Positions 49,029 through 58,235 of a DNA stretch of 59,967 bases are shown here, piece after piece. A program made the translations under genes and the position numbers. The stretch lies in IMG/VR virus record IMGVR_UViG_3300043410_001381, positions 1 to 59,967 of that record; one strand, 5' to 3'. Numbering within the stretch: the first letter of the stretch is position 1; each line of letters begins with the position of its first letter. The notes below the pieces were generated by a model, which saw nothing but the letters and a program-made list of their open reading frames with translations, had not been told where the DNA came from and made no database searches. The stretch comes from a virus. Its lineage: Duplodnaviria > Caudoviricetes.

Positions 49029-49904
49029 TTATTCCTTTTCTTTAAAATCGTGAAATTTGGGGGCATTTTCATAGTTACCATACGTAGTGACATTGCCTTC
49101 GTCAGTAAAGTACGTTTTTAATTCTTTGCGTTCCCCGCATCCGTTGCACATATCGCAAAATAATTCGCATATAGGTGCTGATATAGCTTTATTTATCCAG
49201 TCTTTTCTGAACAGATTTTTTGCTGATTCCAGCTTTTCCATGTCACTGGTTTCAAGGGTGTCCCAAGCTACTGAAGTGATTACCCTTGTTGGCTTAAACG
49301 CCTTAATAATCATTGTAATGTCTTCGTAGTAATTGTCAATGTTCAGCTTCTGTATAGTATATCGTATTCTATACTTTAGACCATTTTTTAACAAGTTCTT
49401 AAACACTTGAAACATCAGTGGAGTTGAGTCTTTACCATTGTGTGTTACACGCTCAGTATTACCAACTCCATCAAAACTTATATCAATACTCAGGAAACCT
49501 CTCTGATAGAAGAAGTTGTTCTTAGTTTGATCAATAAAGTCTTGCTTTAAGTACCTGATACCATTTGTTGTTAAGTTGAAGTGGATATTCTTCTTTTTAC
49601 TGTATGCGTACTCCATACAATAGACTACGTTATCCCACTCCATTGTTGCTTCACCACCAAACAATACGATTAGTGTCTGCGAATCAGGAGATTCTCGTTC
49701 AATAATGGTATCAATACTCTTGCGAATATCTTCCTGCGTCATTATCTGCGGTGGGCGTCCAGGTAAGTCCTCATAGCAGTACGTACATGCTAGGTTACAT
49801 TTATTTGTAAAGTAAATTACGTTGACTCCTGAGCCAGCAGCAACTGGCTTGTCAGTTTTATCACCGACAAAGAAATCCATAAATGTGCCTGAAATTGATG
49901 TCAT
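49029..49904 (-). CDS. Radical SAM protein (peptide-maturase-like)
   Basis: CNLACTYC, FGGEAT, TTNG, ISFDG; CELFCDMCNGC. Confidence 0.92.
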   Translation of the reverse strand: MTSISGTFMDFFVGDKTDKPVAAGSGVNVIYFTNKCNLACTYCYEDLPGRPPQIMTQEDIRKSIDTIIERESPDSQTLIVLFGGEATMEWDNVVYCMEYAYSKKKNIHFNLTTNGIRYLKQDFIDQTKNNFFYQRGFLSIDISFDGVGNTERVTHNGKDSTPLMFQVFKNLLKNGLKYRIRYTIQKLNIDNYYEDITMIIKAFKPTRVITSVAWDTLETSDMEKLESAKNLFRKDWINKAISAPICELFCDMCNGCGERKELKTYFTDEGNVTTYGNYENAPKFHDFKEKE

Positions 49905-50218
49905 TGGATAATCATCTCATGCGAGTTTTTGTATCTATTCTCACGTGGGCGTGATTTTGCTTCCCTAATAACGTGTGACATATTTTCCAAGAAACGTGGG
50001 TAATCATACTTGTACTTAAACAAGTGACCGCGCTCGTCTAATTTAAAATTAACATACTCGTTATCAACTTTAGCTTTGCCCTTACGTGCTTCTTCAATTT
50101 GCTGTTGAAGCTCGTCCGTAGTTAACACACGATCGCTAATATGCTCTGCTGGAGCATACTCTACTTTAATTGGGTGAGCAATAATGCTCTTAAATGATTT
50201 CTTTTTTAGTTCCGACAT
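49901..50218 (-). CDS. Hypothetical protein
   Basis: ORF overlapping both neighbours. Confidence 0.6.
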   Translation of the reverse strand: MSELKKKSFKSIIAHPIKVEYAPAEHISDRVLTTDELQQQIEEARKGKAKVDNEYVNFKLDERGHLFKYKYDYPRFLENMSHVIREAKSRPRENRYKNSHEMIIQ

Positions 50219-51330
50219 TCTACACCCTCGCTTTCAACACCTACATTCTCAATGTAGTGCAAAATTAGATCCTGGAATACAGGAACATCACGGCATTCTT
50301 CTACCACACGCATTGCTTGCTCGTTTGTAATGTGGAAGAGTTCACAAATACTGTCCAGTGGCTTGTTGTCATTCATAACTTGGCTGTACGTACAACCTGC
50401 ATTACAAACTTGCTTTAAGTCACATGGTTGGCACTTGTCATAGTTCTCTGGCTTGAACATTTCTTGGTAGTACTTGAAGTCATACTCACTGTCCATCTTC
50501 ATGATCTTCTTACTTGCAAATCGAGCACATGGGTAAAACTCACCACTGCTCATTAATACACCACCGTTAGTACCAGCAAAGCATCCAAATGGTCGCTTGC
50601 CTTTAACAAGCCCATAGAGAATGTCTAAGATAGCTAGACGCAAGAAACCAACACTACATGGTATGCCTGCTTTAAGTTTGGCAATGTAGGTATCTGTCAA
50701 GCGAATAAGCTCTTTGCGATACTCAATGATATCATCACGTGTCCACACGTCATCACGCACAAGGCTAAAGTCAGGATGCTCAATGCCCCAGCTCAACAGG
50801 AACTCAAAGTTCTCTGTCATGTCTTTTACGTTACCAGGCCAAATCATTACTTTGCAACCGTTAGTTAAACCTGTAATGATATCCTTCTTGTAGTTGTACA
50901 TATCAAGGATACCATCAAATAACTCACCAGTCTCTGGGTTTGTATTCTCTAGTAATGGTAGTAATGGACGAGTCTCGTTACTGCTCATACCGTCAAACGA
51001 CCAAGACACGCCAACCCCGTTCTCTCTTAGATACTTGGCTTTCTCTTCATCAATCATTGTAAGGTTGGTAATAACACCAATACCCTTACACTTGGGATCT
51101 GCGCGAAGGATAGGAACAGCGTGTCTAATCAAGTCAAAGTTAAGCAGTGGCTCCCCACCAAAGAAGCTCACGTGGTACTCAGCATCACCACTTCGGTCCA
51201 TTAAGTTGTACAACTCTGGCAATGCATTATCAAATACTTCAGGGGTCATCCATGTTGGACGATTTGCCACGTAACAGTACGGGCACCCTAAGTTACATTT
51301 TTCTGTTACGCTTACTTCTAGAGTGAACAT
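50206..51330 (-). CDS. Radical SAM/SPASM protein
   Basis: CNLGCPYC, FFGGEPLL; GCFAG...YPC...CQPCDLKQVCNAGC...C. Confidence 0.93.
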   Translation of the reverse strand: MFTLEVSVTEKCNLGCPYCYVANRPTWMTPEVFDNALPELYNLMDRSGDAEYHVSFFGGEPLLNFDLIRHAVPILRADPKCKGIGVITNLTMIDEEKAKYLRENGVGVSWSFDGMSSNETRPLLPLLENTNPETGELFDGILDMYNYKKDIITGLTNGCKVMIWPGNVKDMTENFEFLLSWGIEHPDFSLVRDDVWTRDDIIEYRKELIRLTDTYIAKLKAGIPCSVGFLRLAILDILYGLVKGKRPFGCFAGTNGGVLMSSGEFYPCARFASKKIMKMDSEYDFKYYQEMFKPENYDKCQPCDLKQVCNAGCTYSQVMNDNKPLDSICELFHITNEQAMRVVEECRDVPVFQDLILHYIENVGVESEGVECRN

Positions 51331-52424
51331 TGTTCCGCCTCAAATTTAATAACTGGCTTCTTGTATGACTTTAATGCAACACGCAATGCATGGTGAACAA
51401 CCTCATTGGTTTTAAACACTTTACACACTTGCCAGTTGGATGTGTGGTCACTCCACTTTTCCAAATACGTTTCTTTCTCTGATTTCTCATAAGTGGCAGC
51501 ATTACACTTCATGCAGAATTGGCTGTCACAGTTTAAGCAATCAAGTGGTTGATTCTTTAATGCGCCCTTGTACATTTCAGTACGCTCTTGTACGAGCTTG
51601 TCTAAATCAGCTTCTTTAAAGATGTTGCCCATAACGTGGGCATGGCTTTCTTTATACATACAGCCGTGACATGGACTAATATCACCGTTTAAGTCAACGC
51701 TGATGTAGTTGATGCCTGCTGCACACAATGCACGACTTTGTTGGAACCATCCAAACTTCTCTGGTGGTAAACCATTCTTGTAGATGTACTTGGCAATCTT
51801 AGTTAAGCCTTCTTTTAACACTTCTAGTCTAGGCATAAACTCTTCTTCAGTTAACTGACTATACATATCTGGTGTTGGGAAATAGTTATCGTCCATTTCA
51901 ATAACATCTAAGAACGCTTCGTAAATTTTATCAAAGTGTTCAGCTGTTAATACAGACTTCATTCTGACATTAAGTCCAGCTTTCTTGGCAGCGATGTAGT
52001 TGCTCTTGACTAGACTAGAGCTAGGATTTCCTGCTTTGTCGATACGTGTGATGTCGTTTACTGGCTTACCATCATAGCTTACTTGGATGCTCAAACGACC
52101 TGGCATTGCTTCATGGAATGCAACTAAGTCGTGCATGTACTTCTTTAAGTACACACCGTTTGTATAGAAGAAGAAACTGTAGTTAGGATTGTCTTTAAAC
52201 TTATCCATAACACCACGGCAGAATTCGTAGTTAACGAATGGCTCACCGCCCCAAAAGTAGATATCACGTTTTGGATCGTCGAACTTAGTCATGAACTCGT
52301 CAATGTTATCAAGCGTAACTTCTGTGTTTTCTTCGTATGCTGTTGATAAGCCACATTCAAAGCCTTCTGAGCAATATGTACATGCTAAATTACATGTACT
52401 CGTTACGTTTAAATCAATTACCAT
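51318..52424 (-). CDS. Radical SAM/SPASM protein
   Basis: CNLACTYC, WGGEP; CAAG...SPCHGC...CLNCDSQFCMKC...C. Confidence 0.93.
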   Translation of the reverse strand: MVIDLNVTSTCNLACTYCSEGFECGLSTAYEENTEVTLDNIDEFMTKFDDPKRDIYFWGGEPFVNYEFCRGVMDKFKDNPNYSFFFYTNGVYLKKYMHDLVAFHEAMPGRLSIQVSYDGKPVNDITRIDKAGNPSSSLVKSNYIAAKKAGLNVRMKSVLTAEHFDKIYEAFLDVIEMDDNYFPTPDMYSQLTEEEFMPRLEVLKEGLTKIAKYIYKNGLPPEKFGWFQQSRALCAAGINYISVDLNGDISPCHGCMYKESHAHVMGNIFKEADLDKLVQERTEMYKGALKNQPLDCLNCDSQFCMKCNAATYEKSEKETYLEKWSDHTSNWQVCKVFKTNEVVHHALRVALKSYKKPVIKFEAEQCSL

Positions 52425-52432
52425 ATGAATCC

Positions 52433-53176
52433 TTATTTGGTTGCTCTATACTTATCATTTAGCTGAAGTACAGTTTTTAGCAATTCTACGTCATACTCGT
52501 TTACGAGTGCTTCTGTGTCTTTTGGCAAGCAAGGTCCACCGAACCCACGATGTCCATCTGGTCCAGGAACAGCAAAATGGTGAGTTCCCATCCATGGCTG
52601 CATTTTGAATATCTCAGTCATTTCGGTGTAGTTTGCACCAACATCGTTAGCCAAGTCGTACATTGCATTCATGAACGTTACTTTGGTTGCATAGAAGCTA
52701 TTCATAGCATACTTTGATAGACTAGCTGTTTTGATATCAGTAAACTTCACACAGTCCATTTTAACATGAGATTGTGTTCTATAAATGTCTGCAAGACGCT
52801 CTGCTTTATCCCGGTCCCCACCAATTAGCACAAATGGTGGATTTACAAAGTCATCCAATGATGTTGCTCTGCTTAAAAATTCTGGGTTATACAATACATC
52901 GTATTTTTCTATATACTGTGGCAGCACTGTGCTCTTTACTACTGTGATTCCATCGTAGTTCATGTCTTTAATGGTATCAAGTACGTTGGTTAGCACTACA
53001 TAGTTGTTGCCATCAGTTGGTGTTGGCACACAAACGAAAATGGCATCTGGTTTGGCACGGCAAACATCTTCAACAGTCAAAGTGTTGTGCTGTGGATCAG
53101 AAATGATTGATTCGGTTTTTGCAAAACCGTATCTAACCGCCTTTCCCACCATCCCGTAGCCAATAATACCAATCAT
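52433..53176 (-). CDS. UDP-glucose/GDP-mannose dehydrogenase family (lacks C-terminal domain)
   Basis: GYGMVG, VCVPTP, KSTV, NPEFL, GFGGPCLPKD. Confidence 0.9.
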   Translation of the reverse strand: MIGIIGYGMVGKAVRYGFAKTESIISDPQHNTLTVEDVCRAKPDAIFVCVPTPTDGNNYVVLTNVLDTIKDMNYDGITVVKSTVLPQYIEKYDVLYNPEFLSRATSLDDFVNPPFVLIGGDRDKAERLADIYRTQSHVKMDCVKFTDIKTASLSKYAMNSFYATKVTFMNAMYDLANDVGANYTEMTEIFKMQPWMGTHHFAVPGPDGHRGFGGPCLPKDTEALVNEYDVELLKTVLQLNDKYRATK

Positions 53177-53197
53177 AGAAACATCCTGAAATAAGTA

Positions 53198-53225
53198 ATT
53201 ATAACAAACACGACGGGAAAGTCAA
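53198..53225 (-). promoter_or_regulatory. sigma70-type promoter at head of modification operon
   Basis: TTGACT-16-TATAAT. Confidence 0.65.
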
Positions 53226-53229
53226 ATAT

Positions 53230-54426
53230 ATGATAGACAAACAACCATTTACTAAGTTAATTCAAAATTTAAAGGATTCCGGAAAGTATAGGGTTTTTAA
53301 TGACATTTTGAGAGAAAACGGAAAGTTTCCAAATGCTATTTGGTACGGGCCATACAATATTAAAAATATTGTAAATTGGTGTAGTAACGACTATTTGGGA
53401 ATGGGTCAGCACAAAGTTGTGCTAGACGCGATGCATACAGCATTAGACATGACTGGTGCAGGATCTGGTGGTACTCGTAACATTGCGGGTACTAGCCATT
53501 ATCACGTAGCACTAGAACATGAGCTTGCTACATTGCATAAGAAAGAAAAAGCATTGCTATTCAGCTCTGCGTATGTTGCAAATGAATGGAGTTTGATCGC
53601 TTTAGCTAAGATCATTCCAGATATTCACTTTGTTAGTGATAGTAAGAACCACAATAGTATGATTGTAGGTATGAGTCACAGCAAGGCTAGCAAAACTGTC
53701 TTTAGACACAATGACTTAGAGAATCTAGAAGAGATTTTGAAATCGGTTACAATGGCTAAAGAAACTCCTTGCATTGTTTTTGAATCAGTGTATAGTATGG
53801 ATGGTGATGTAAGTTTGCTTGAAGAGATTTGTGATTTGGCAGACAAATATGGTGCAATTACCTACTTAGATGAAGTACATGCGGTAGGACTATACGGTGA
53901 CACAGGCGGTGGTAAGTCAGAGAAATATGGCTTACAAGACAGGATCGATATAATCAACGGAACCCTGGGCAAGGCGTATGGTGTCCAAGGCGGCTACATT
54001 GCTGCCGATGCAGAGGTAATTGATGCTATTCGTAGCGTTGCTGCGGGCTTTATCTTTACAACAAGTATGAGTCCAGTGACGTGTGCTGGTGCATTGGCTG
54101 CTGTAAAATATTTGAAAGACCACAATGATTTGCGTGAAGCACATCAAGAACGTGCTCGCAAATTAAAATACAGAATGCACAAGGCTGGTATACCTGTTAT
54201 GGAAAGCACAACTCACATCGTTCCTGTTTTAGTAGGTGATGCCAAACGTGCCAAGGCAATGAGTGATGCACTCTTAAATGACCATGGCATTTATGTACAG
54301 GCCATCAACTACCCAACAGTTTCAGTTGGTACTGAACGTTTACGTTTTGCACCAACACCATTACATGATGACGGGATGATTGAAGATCTAATCTCGGCAC
54401 TTAAAATAGTTTTTGCAAAGTATTAA
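53230..54426 (+). CDS. hemA: 5-aminolevulinate synthase
   Basis: [39 protein letters not shown]. Confidence 0.95.
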   Translation: MIDKQPFTKLIQNLKDSGKYRVFNDILRENGKFPNAIWYGPYNIKNIVNWCSNDYLGMGQHKVVLDAMHTALDMTGAGSGGTRNIAGTSHYHVALEHELATLHKKEKALLFSSAYVANEWSLIALAKIIPDIHFVSDSKNHNSMIVGMSHSKASKTVFRHNDLENLEEILKSVTMAKETPCIVFESVYSMDGDVSLLEEICDLADKYGAITYLDEVHAVGLYGDTGGGKSEKYGLQDRIDIINGTLGKAYGVQGGYIAADAEVIDAIRSVAAGFIFTTSMSPVTCAGALAAVKYLKDHNDLREAHQERARKLKYRMHKAGIPVMESTTHIVPVLVGDAKRAKAMSDALLNDHGIYVQAINYPTVSVGTERLRFAPTPLHDDGMIEDLISALKIVFAKY

Positions 54427-54427
54427 T

Positions 54428-55051
54428 ATGACAACAATTTACGCACACCAGTTTGATAGCCCAGGATACATTACTGCTATGTTACCTGATGACATTCTTG
54501 CCAAATTAAGGGAAGAAACTGAAAAGATTAAAGAAGCAAATTATACAGGATACAAGAATGTTGACGAGCAATTAGCTGGCCATTTAAAGTATCAATTTGA
54601 TTTGCCACAATGCAGAGATACTCTAAAGAACTTTGTATTAGGTATGGTTGGTGAATACGAAAGATCGTTTAGATACTTACGTGACTTGAAACAAGACAAG
54701 CAATTGGATCTTGTGCAACTATGGATTAACTTCCAAAAGAAGCATGACTTTAATCCAGTACACAATCACAATGGCGTGATGTCATTTGTTATATGGCTTA
54801 AAATCCCTTATGACATTGAAACAGAAATGACTGTGTACAAAGGTGCTGGTAGTGAAACGAACTGCACTAGTATGTTTGAATTTGTGTACACTGACTCGAT
54901 TGGCAATATCTGTAACAAGCCAGTGCCAGTTAATAAGAATTGGGAAGGGGTTATTTGTATGTTCCCAGCTAGAATGAAACACTGTGTTCAGCCATTCTTT
55001 ACGTCAGACGACTTTAGAATTTCAATTGCTGGGAATATAGATTTTATTTAG
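54428..55051 (+). CDS. 2OG-Fe(II) oxygenase-like protein
   Basis: WINFQ, NPVHNH, FPARMKH, RISIAGN. Confidence 0.8.
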   Translation: MTTIYAHQFDSPGYITAMLPDDILAKLREETEKIKEANYTGYKNVDEQLAGHLKYQFDLPQCRDTLKNFVLGMVGEYERSFRYLRDLKQDKQLDLVQLWINFQKKHDFNPVHNHNGVMSFVIWLKIPYDIETEMTVYKGAGSETNCTSMFEFVYTDSIGNICNKPVPVNKNWEGVICMFPARMKHCVQPFFTSDDFRISIAGNIDFI

Positions 55052-56108
55052 GATTCTTAGCTAAATGTTGTTGTACCTTGCTAGGCGCTTGTTTAGCTTG
55101 GTACATTTGAACGTCCTTGTAGACATCCTTGATGAACTTCTTCCACAAGTTGTTTCTATCAGTGTTTACTTGGACTTCGTCATCAAATATAGTGTTGTAA
55201 TAATGACCTAGGGTCGTCCAAACTGGCACACCATTATATACATACTCCTGTCCCCCTGCTATTGCATTAATATATGCTTTTGCAGACTCAGTGTCGCTAC
55301 CAAAGATATTGTTAATCTCTGCCGCGGCATTAGCTGACCAACTATTCATTTCATCAGCATTCAACCAGTAGCCTTCTTCTCCTTGAGCATATAAATCGCT
55401 CTTATAATCAGGATAATTCTCAGGGTCATTTAGTTTGTCTACATCACCAGTGTGGTATTTGTTAACATCTGCATTGTAGCCAAAGTTAGCTATTACACTT
55501 GTGCTTTGGATAAAGTGTTTAACCTCGTGAATAATACCACCAATGATGTTGTTAGTCAACAAGTCTAATCCAGCTGTTACAATCTTGGTGTCTTCCATTA
55601 GGAATACATAATTGGCAACACTTGAGCCTCTAACGTCCATGTTAATTAAGCCGTTATGCGTATCTTCTTCATAGCTAAATTGTGCTTCACCAGTTAATGC
55701 TGAATAGCTGCGTAAGAACATAGCAGTTGTTTCAGAACTAGGTTTAAAATCTTTGTCAGGGTATGTGGCACTCAATTGCTCAACCGCATGAGCGTTTAAC
55801 CCATCAATGTCCAATGATCCCATTGGCTCATCAAACCTTACATTGAAACTCATGAGTAAGTGTCTTACTTTGATTTTATTACCCTCATCATCTGTGATAG
55901 TGATTGGGTTTGCTTTAAGTAATGGTGCAAGAACCTTTGCATCAATGTCATGCTGTATGTCGTAGAAGAACTGATTTACTTTGCTTTCTGGATCGTATAG
56001 ATCTTCGTCACTGTTAATACTATAAAATGTATTCTTAATGATACGTTTTAGTACTGGCAAATAATCCGAATAGTCCAGACGTTCAGTTATAAATTCTTTT
56101 GCTCTCAT
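55044..56108 (-). CDS. Hypothetical HExxH-containing protein, probable head internal protein
   Basis: MRAKEFITE N-terminus; IIHEVKHFIQ...Y...DEMNS. Confidence 0.55.
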   Translation of the reverse strand: MRAKEFITERLDYSDYLPVLKRIIKNTFYSINSDEDLYDPESKVNQFFYDIQHDIDAKVLAPLLKANPITITDDEGNKIKVRHLLMSFNVRFDEPMGSLDIDGLNAHAVEQLSATYPDKDFKPSSETTAMFLRSYSALTGEAQFSYEEDTHNGLINMDVRGSSVANYVFLMEDTKIVTAGLDLLTNNIIGGIIHEVKHFIQSTSVIANFGYNADVNKYHTGDVDKLNDPENYPDYKSDLYAQGEEGYWLNADEMNSWSANAAAEINNIFGSDTESAKAYINAIAGGQEYVYNGVPVWTTLGHYYNTIFDDEVQVNTDRNNLWKKFIKDVYKDVQMYQAKQAPSKVQQHLAKNPK

Positions 56109-56253
56109 TCTTGTTCTCTGTTAGTTGTTTTAAAAAAGAATACTTGGCATCATTTTCTAAACTATGCCCACCTTCCATTAAAGCAATCTCCATTTCTGTG
56201 AATTGCTTTTTAGGTTTGCCCCAGAAGCTAACGTATACATCATCAATTGTCAT
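56083..56253 (-). CDS. Small hypothetical protein
   Basis: MTIDD...FTEMEIALMEGGHSLE. Confidence 0.5.
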   Translation of the reverse strand: MTIDDVYVSFWGKPKKQFTEMEIALMEGGHSLENDAKYSFLKQLTENKNESKRIYN

Positions 56254-56257
56254 AAGG

Positions 56258-56361
56258 TATTCCAGCCATCCCGCAACCAAGGCGGGCTACACCCTCAATG
56301 AGGGCTGTAAGGATTAAGAGGGCGATCCCACTCTCCTTCTTGTTCGGGGTAGACTGGGTAT
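56258..56361 (-). ncRNA. Candidate structured RNA of unknown class
   Basis: GC-rich intergenic stretch with nested complementary segments. Confidence 0.4.
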
Positions 56362-56364
56362 TCA

Positions 56365-57189
56365 TTATTCGCCGGACCCGCCGCATTTAGCACGTTTTGC
56401 ATTTGTAAGAGCTCCATAGTTTACTGGCCATTCTTGTCCAGGTGGTAATTCTACAGCATTAGCTGGGAACTTGTAAACAACTCCGGCTGTTTGTTGTATT
56501 TGTGCAACAGGCATACGGAACTTGGTTAAATCATTGCCTAAATTAACATAGGGCTTTGTGTGTGGAAATGCCCAACCAGCAATTTGGCCAGTTGCATTGT
56601 TGATAACAATTTTGTAGTAACCATGTGGAACAATAATGTCTTTGCTCTTGCCAATGAACTCGTCACCAGCGCCATAGAAGGCCCCCACGTAAATGGTAAA
56701 AGCCTGATTCTGCTGCACCGCCCACCCACGGACCGAAGTTTCTAGTAGTTTCCAGATTCCACGATTTAATGACCCGTGTTGCGGATACATATTTGTCATC
56801 AAAAAACTTTCATACTCCACTTGTTGAGACCAACTTTGGTCACCGTCTGGGCTTGCATGGCCCTTGTCGTAACCAGTACTTGCATAGTCAGCTGGAGTAG
56901 CACCCGTGCCACCTAAAGACTGATCAGCAACGAACGCATTAGTGCGTGGGAAGCATCCTAAAGCATTTTGTGGAAGCAATGTGTATGCAACATATACTGG
57001 AATTTTAACCGGCGCATCGTATGCTACTAAGTAACCCTCGCGGCAGATTGGTTGAGCAGTGCGTGTTGTTTGAGCAAAGCCATATGGGCTGTGAACTTTA
57101 CATGCATCTACTGGAGCAGGGGGTCTTTGGTCCCATGCATAAGAAAGGCTCGCTGTAAACATTAGCAGAGCCGCTAGAAACTTCTTCAT
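56365..57189 (-). CDS. Secreted DNA/RNA non-specific endonuclease (NucA-like)
   Basis: Signal peptide; YDKGH, ESFLMTNMYPQ, LNRGIW. Confidence 0.92.
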   Translation of the reverse strand: MKKFLAALLMFTASLSYAWDQRPPAPVDACKVHSPYGFAQTTRTAQPICREGYLVAYDAPVKIPVYVAYTLLPQNALGCFPRTNAFVADQSLGGTGATPADYASTGYDKGHASPDGDQSWSQQVEYESFLMTNMYPQHGSLNRGIWKLLETSVRGWAVQQNQAFTIYVGAFYGAGDEFIGKSKDIIVPHGYYKIVINNATGQIAGWAFPHTKPYVNLGNDLTKFRMPVAQIQQTAGVVYKFPANAVELPPGQEWPVNYGALTNAKRAKCGGSGE

Positions 57190-57218
57190 ATAATACCTCG
57201 ATATCAATCGAGTATTTA

Positions 57219-57656
57219 TTATATGTAGTTATTAAACCATCCCACTTTCTTGCCGTCAGCAATGCGCTTATCGTGCTCTTCTACGCTAGAAGGATAACGC
57301 CACGCCCACACGGCTACGCAGGCCATGAAAATTCCTGTATAAATTACACCTCGTAGAGGCACGGATCCTAAGCTCATTAGGATCAAGCTCAAGCTCATCA
57401 TGCCTAGCATGAAGAACTTCATTTTTAATGGGAATACACGCTTCTCATTCCAGTTAGTTAAGAATGGACCAAAAATCTTATGATTATAGATCCACTTGTG
57501 CATACGTTCACTACCTTTGCTAAAGCAATATGCTGCGAAGACGACAAATGGGCTATAGGGGATGCCAGGTGTGACAACCCCTATATAAGCCATTCCTAAA
57601 CTAAGAAGGCCCGCTGTCGTCCATAGGACCTTCTTTAACCGATGAATTGTAACCAT
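57219..57656 (-). CDS. YbaN/DUF454 membrane protein
   Basis: GVVTPGIPYSPF...CFSKGSERMH...FGPFL. Confidence 0.85.
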   Translation of the reverse strand: MVTIHRLKKVLWTTAGLLSLGMAYIGVVTPGIPYSPFVVFAAYCFSKGSERMHKWIYNHKIFGPFLTNWNEKRVFPLKMKFFMLGMMSLSLILMSLGSVPLRGVIYTGIFMACVAVWAWRYPSSVEEHDKRIADGKKVGWFNNYI

Positions 57657-58153
57657 TCTGAAAACCTTACGTTATGGAAGCCTTGCTTCTTTCTCTTGTT
57701 CACAAGTTCGTAGAAGTCTGGCTTGTAAGGTGTAAGTTTTGGCTTCCAACCCTTAGTTTGGTCAGCCTTGTCAGCGTTACATGGACCGCAAGCAGTCGTA
57801 CAGTTTTCCCAGGTAGTCTTACCACCTTTAGAAACTGGCAGCACGTGATCTAGGGTTGACTCTTTACGTTCAATCCCTTCACCGCAATACTGGCATGTAC
57901 CATTATCACGTAGATATACGTTGCTGCGGCTAAAACGCACGGCTGACTTAGTCTTCATGTACTCACGTAACATAATGACTGACGGCACGGGTGTTTCCCA
58001 CGAAGCTGAATGCACGATCCAATTATCGTGCCATAGCAATACATCGGCCTTATCAAGGACCATGTATTTGATGCTTTCTTCCCATGTTATTGTGCTCAAC
58101 GGCATGACCGAAACTGGCAAACCATCTGCATTTAAAACAAGTGTATCTGACAC
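57635..58153 (-). CDS. HNH endonuclease
   Basis: LVLNAD, RDNGTCQYCG, TLDHVLP, WENCTTACGPCN. Confidence 0.92.
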   Translation of the reverse strand: MSDTLVLNADGLPVSVMPLSTITWEESIKYMVLDKADVLLWHDNWIVHSASWETPVPSVIMLREYMKTKSAVRFSRSNVYLRDNGTCQYCGEGIERKESTLDHVLPVSKGGKTTWENCTTACGPCNADKADQTKGWKPKLTPYKPDFYELVNKRKKQGFHNVRFSEWLQFIG

Positions 58154-58235
58154 TTTAAACCTCTTTCTTAGTTGTGTTTACAGACCCAACCGAAATTGTG
58201 ACACTATCTGGACATAGTGTACAGTATGTATTTAC

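Noticed and set aside
39056-52424. Radical SAMs as QueE/7-deazaguanine, MoaA or NrdG pathway
   Set aside because: No queC/queD/folE/dpdA, moaC or nrdD in the window; motifs fit SPASM/twitch types.
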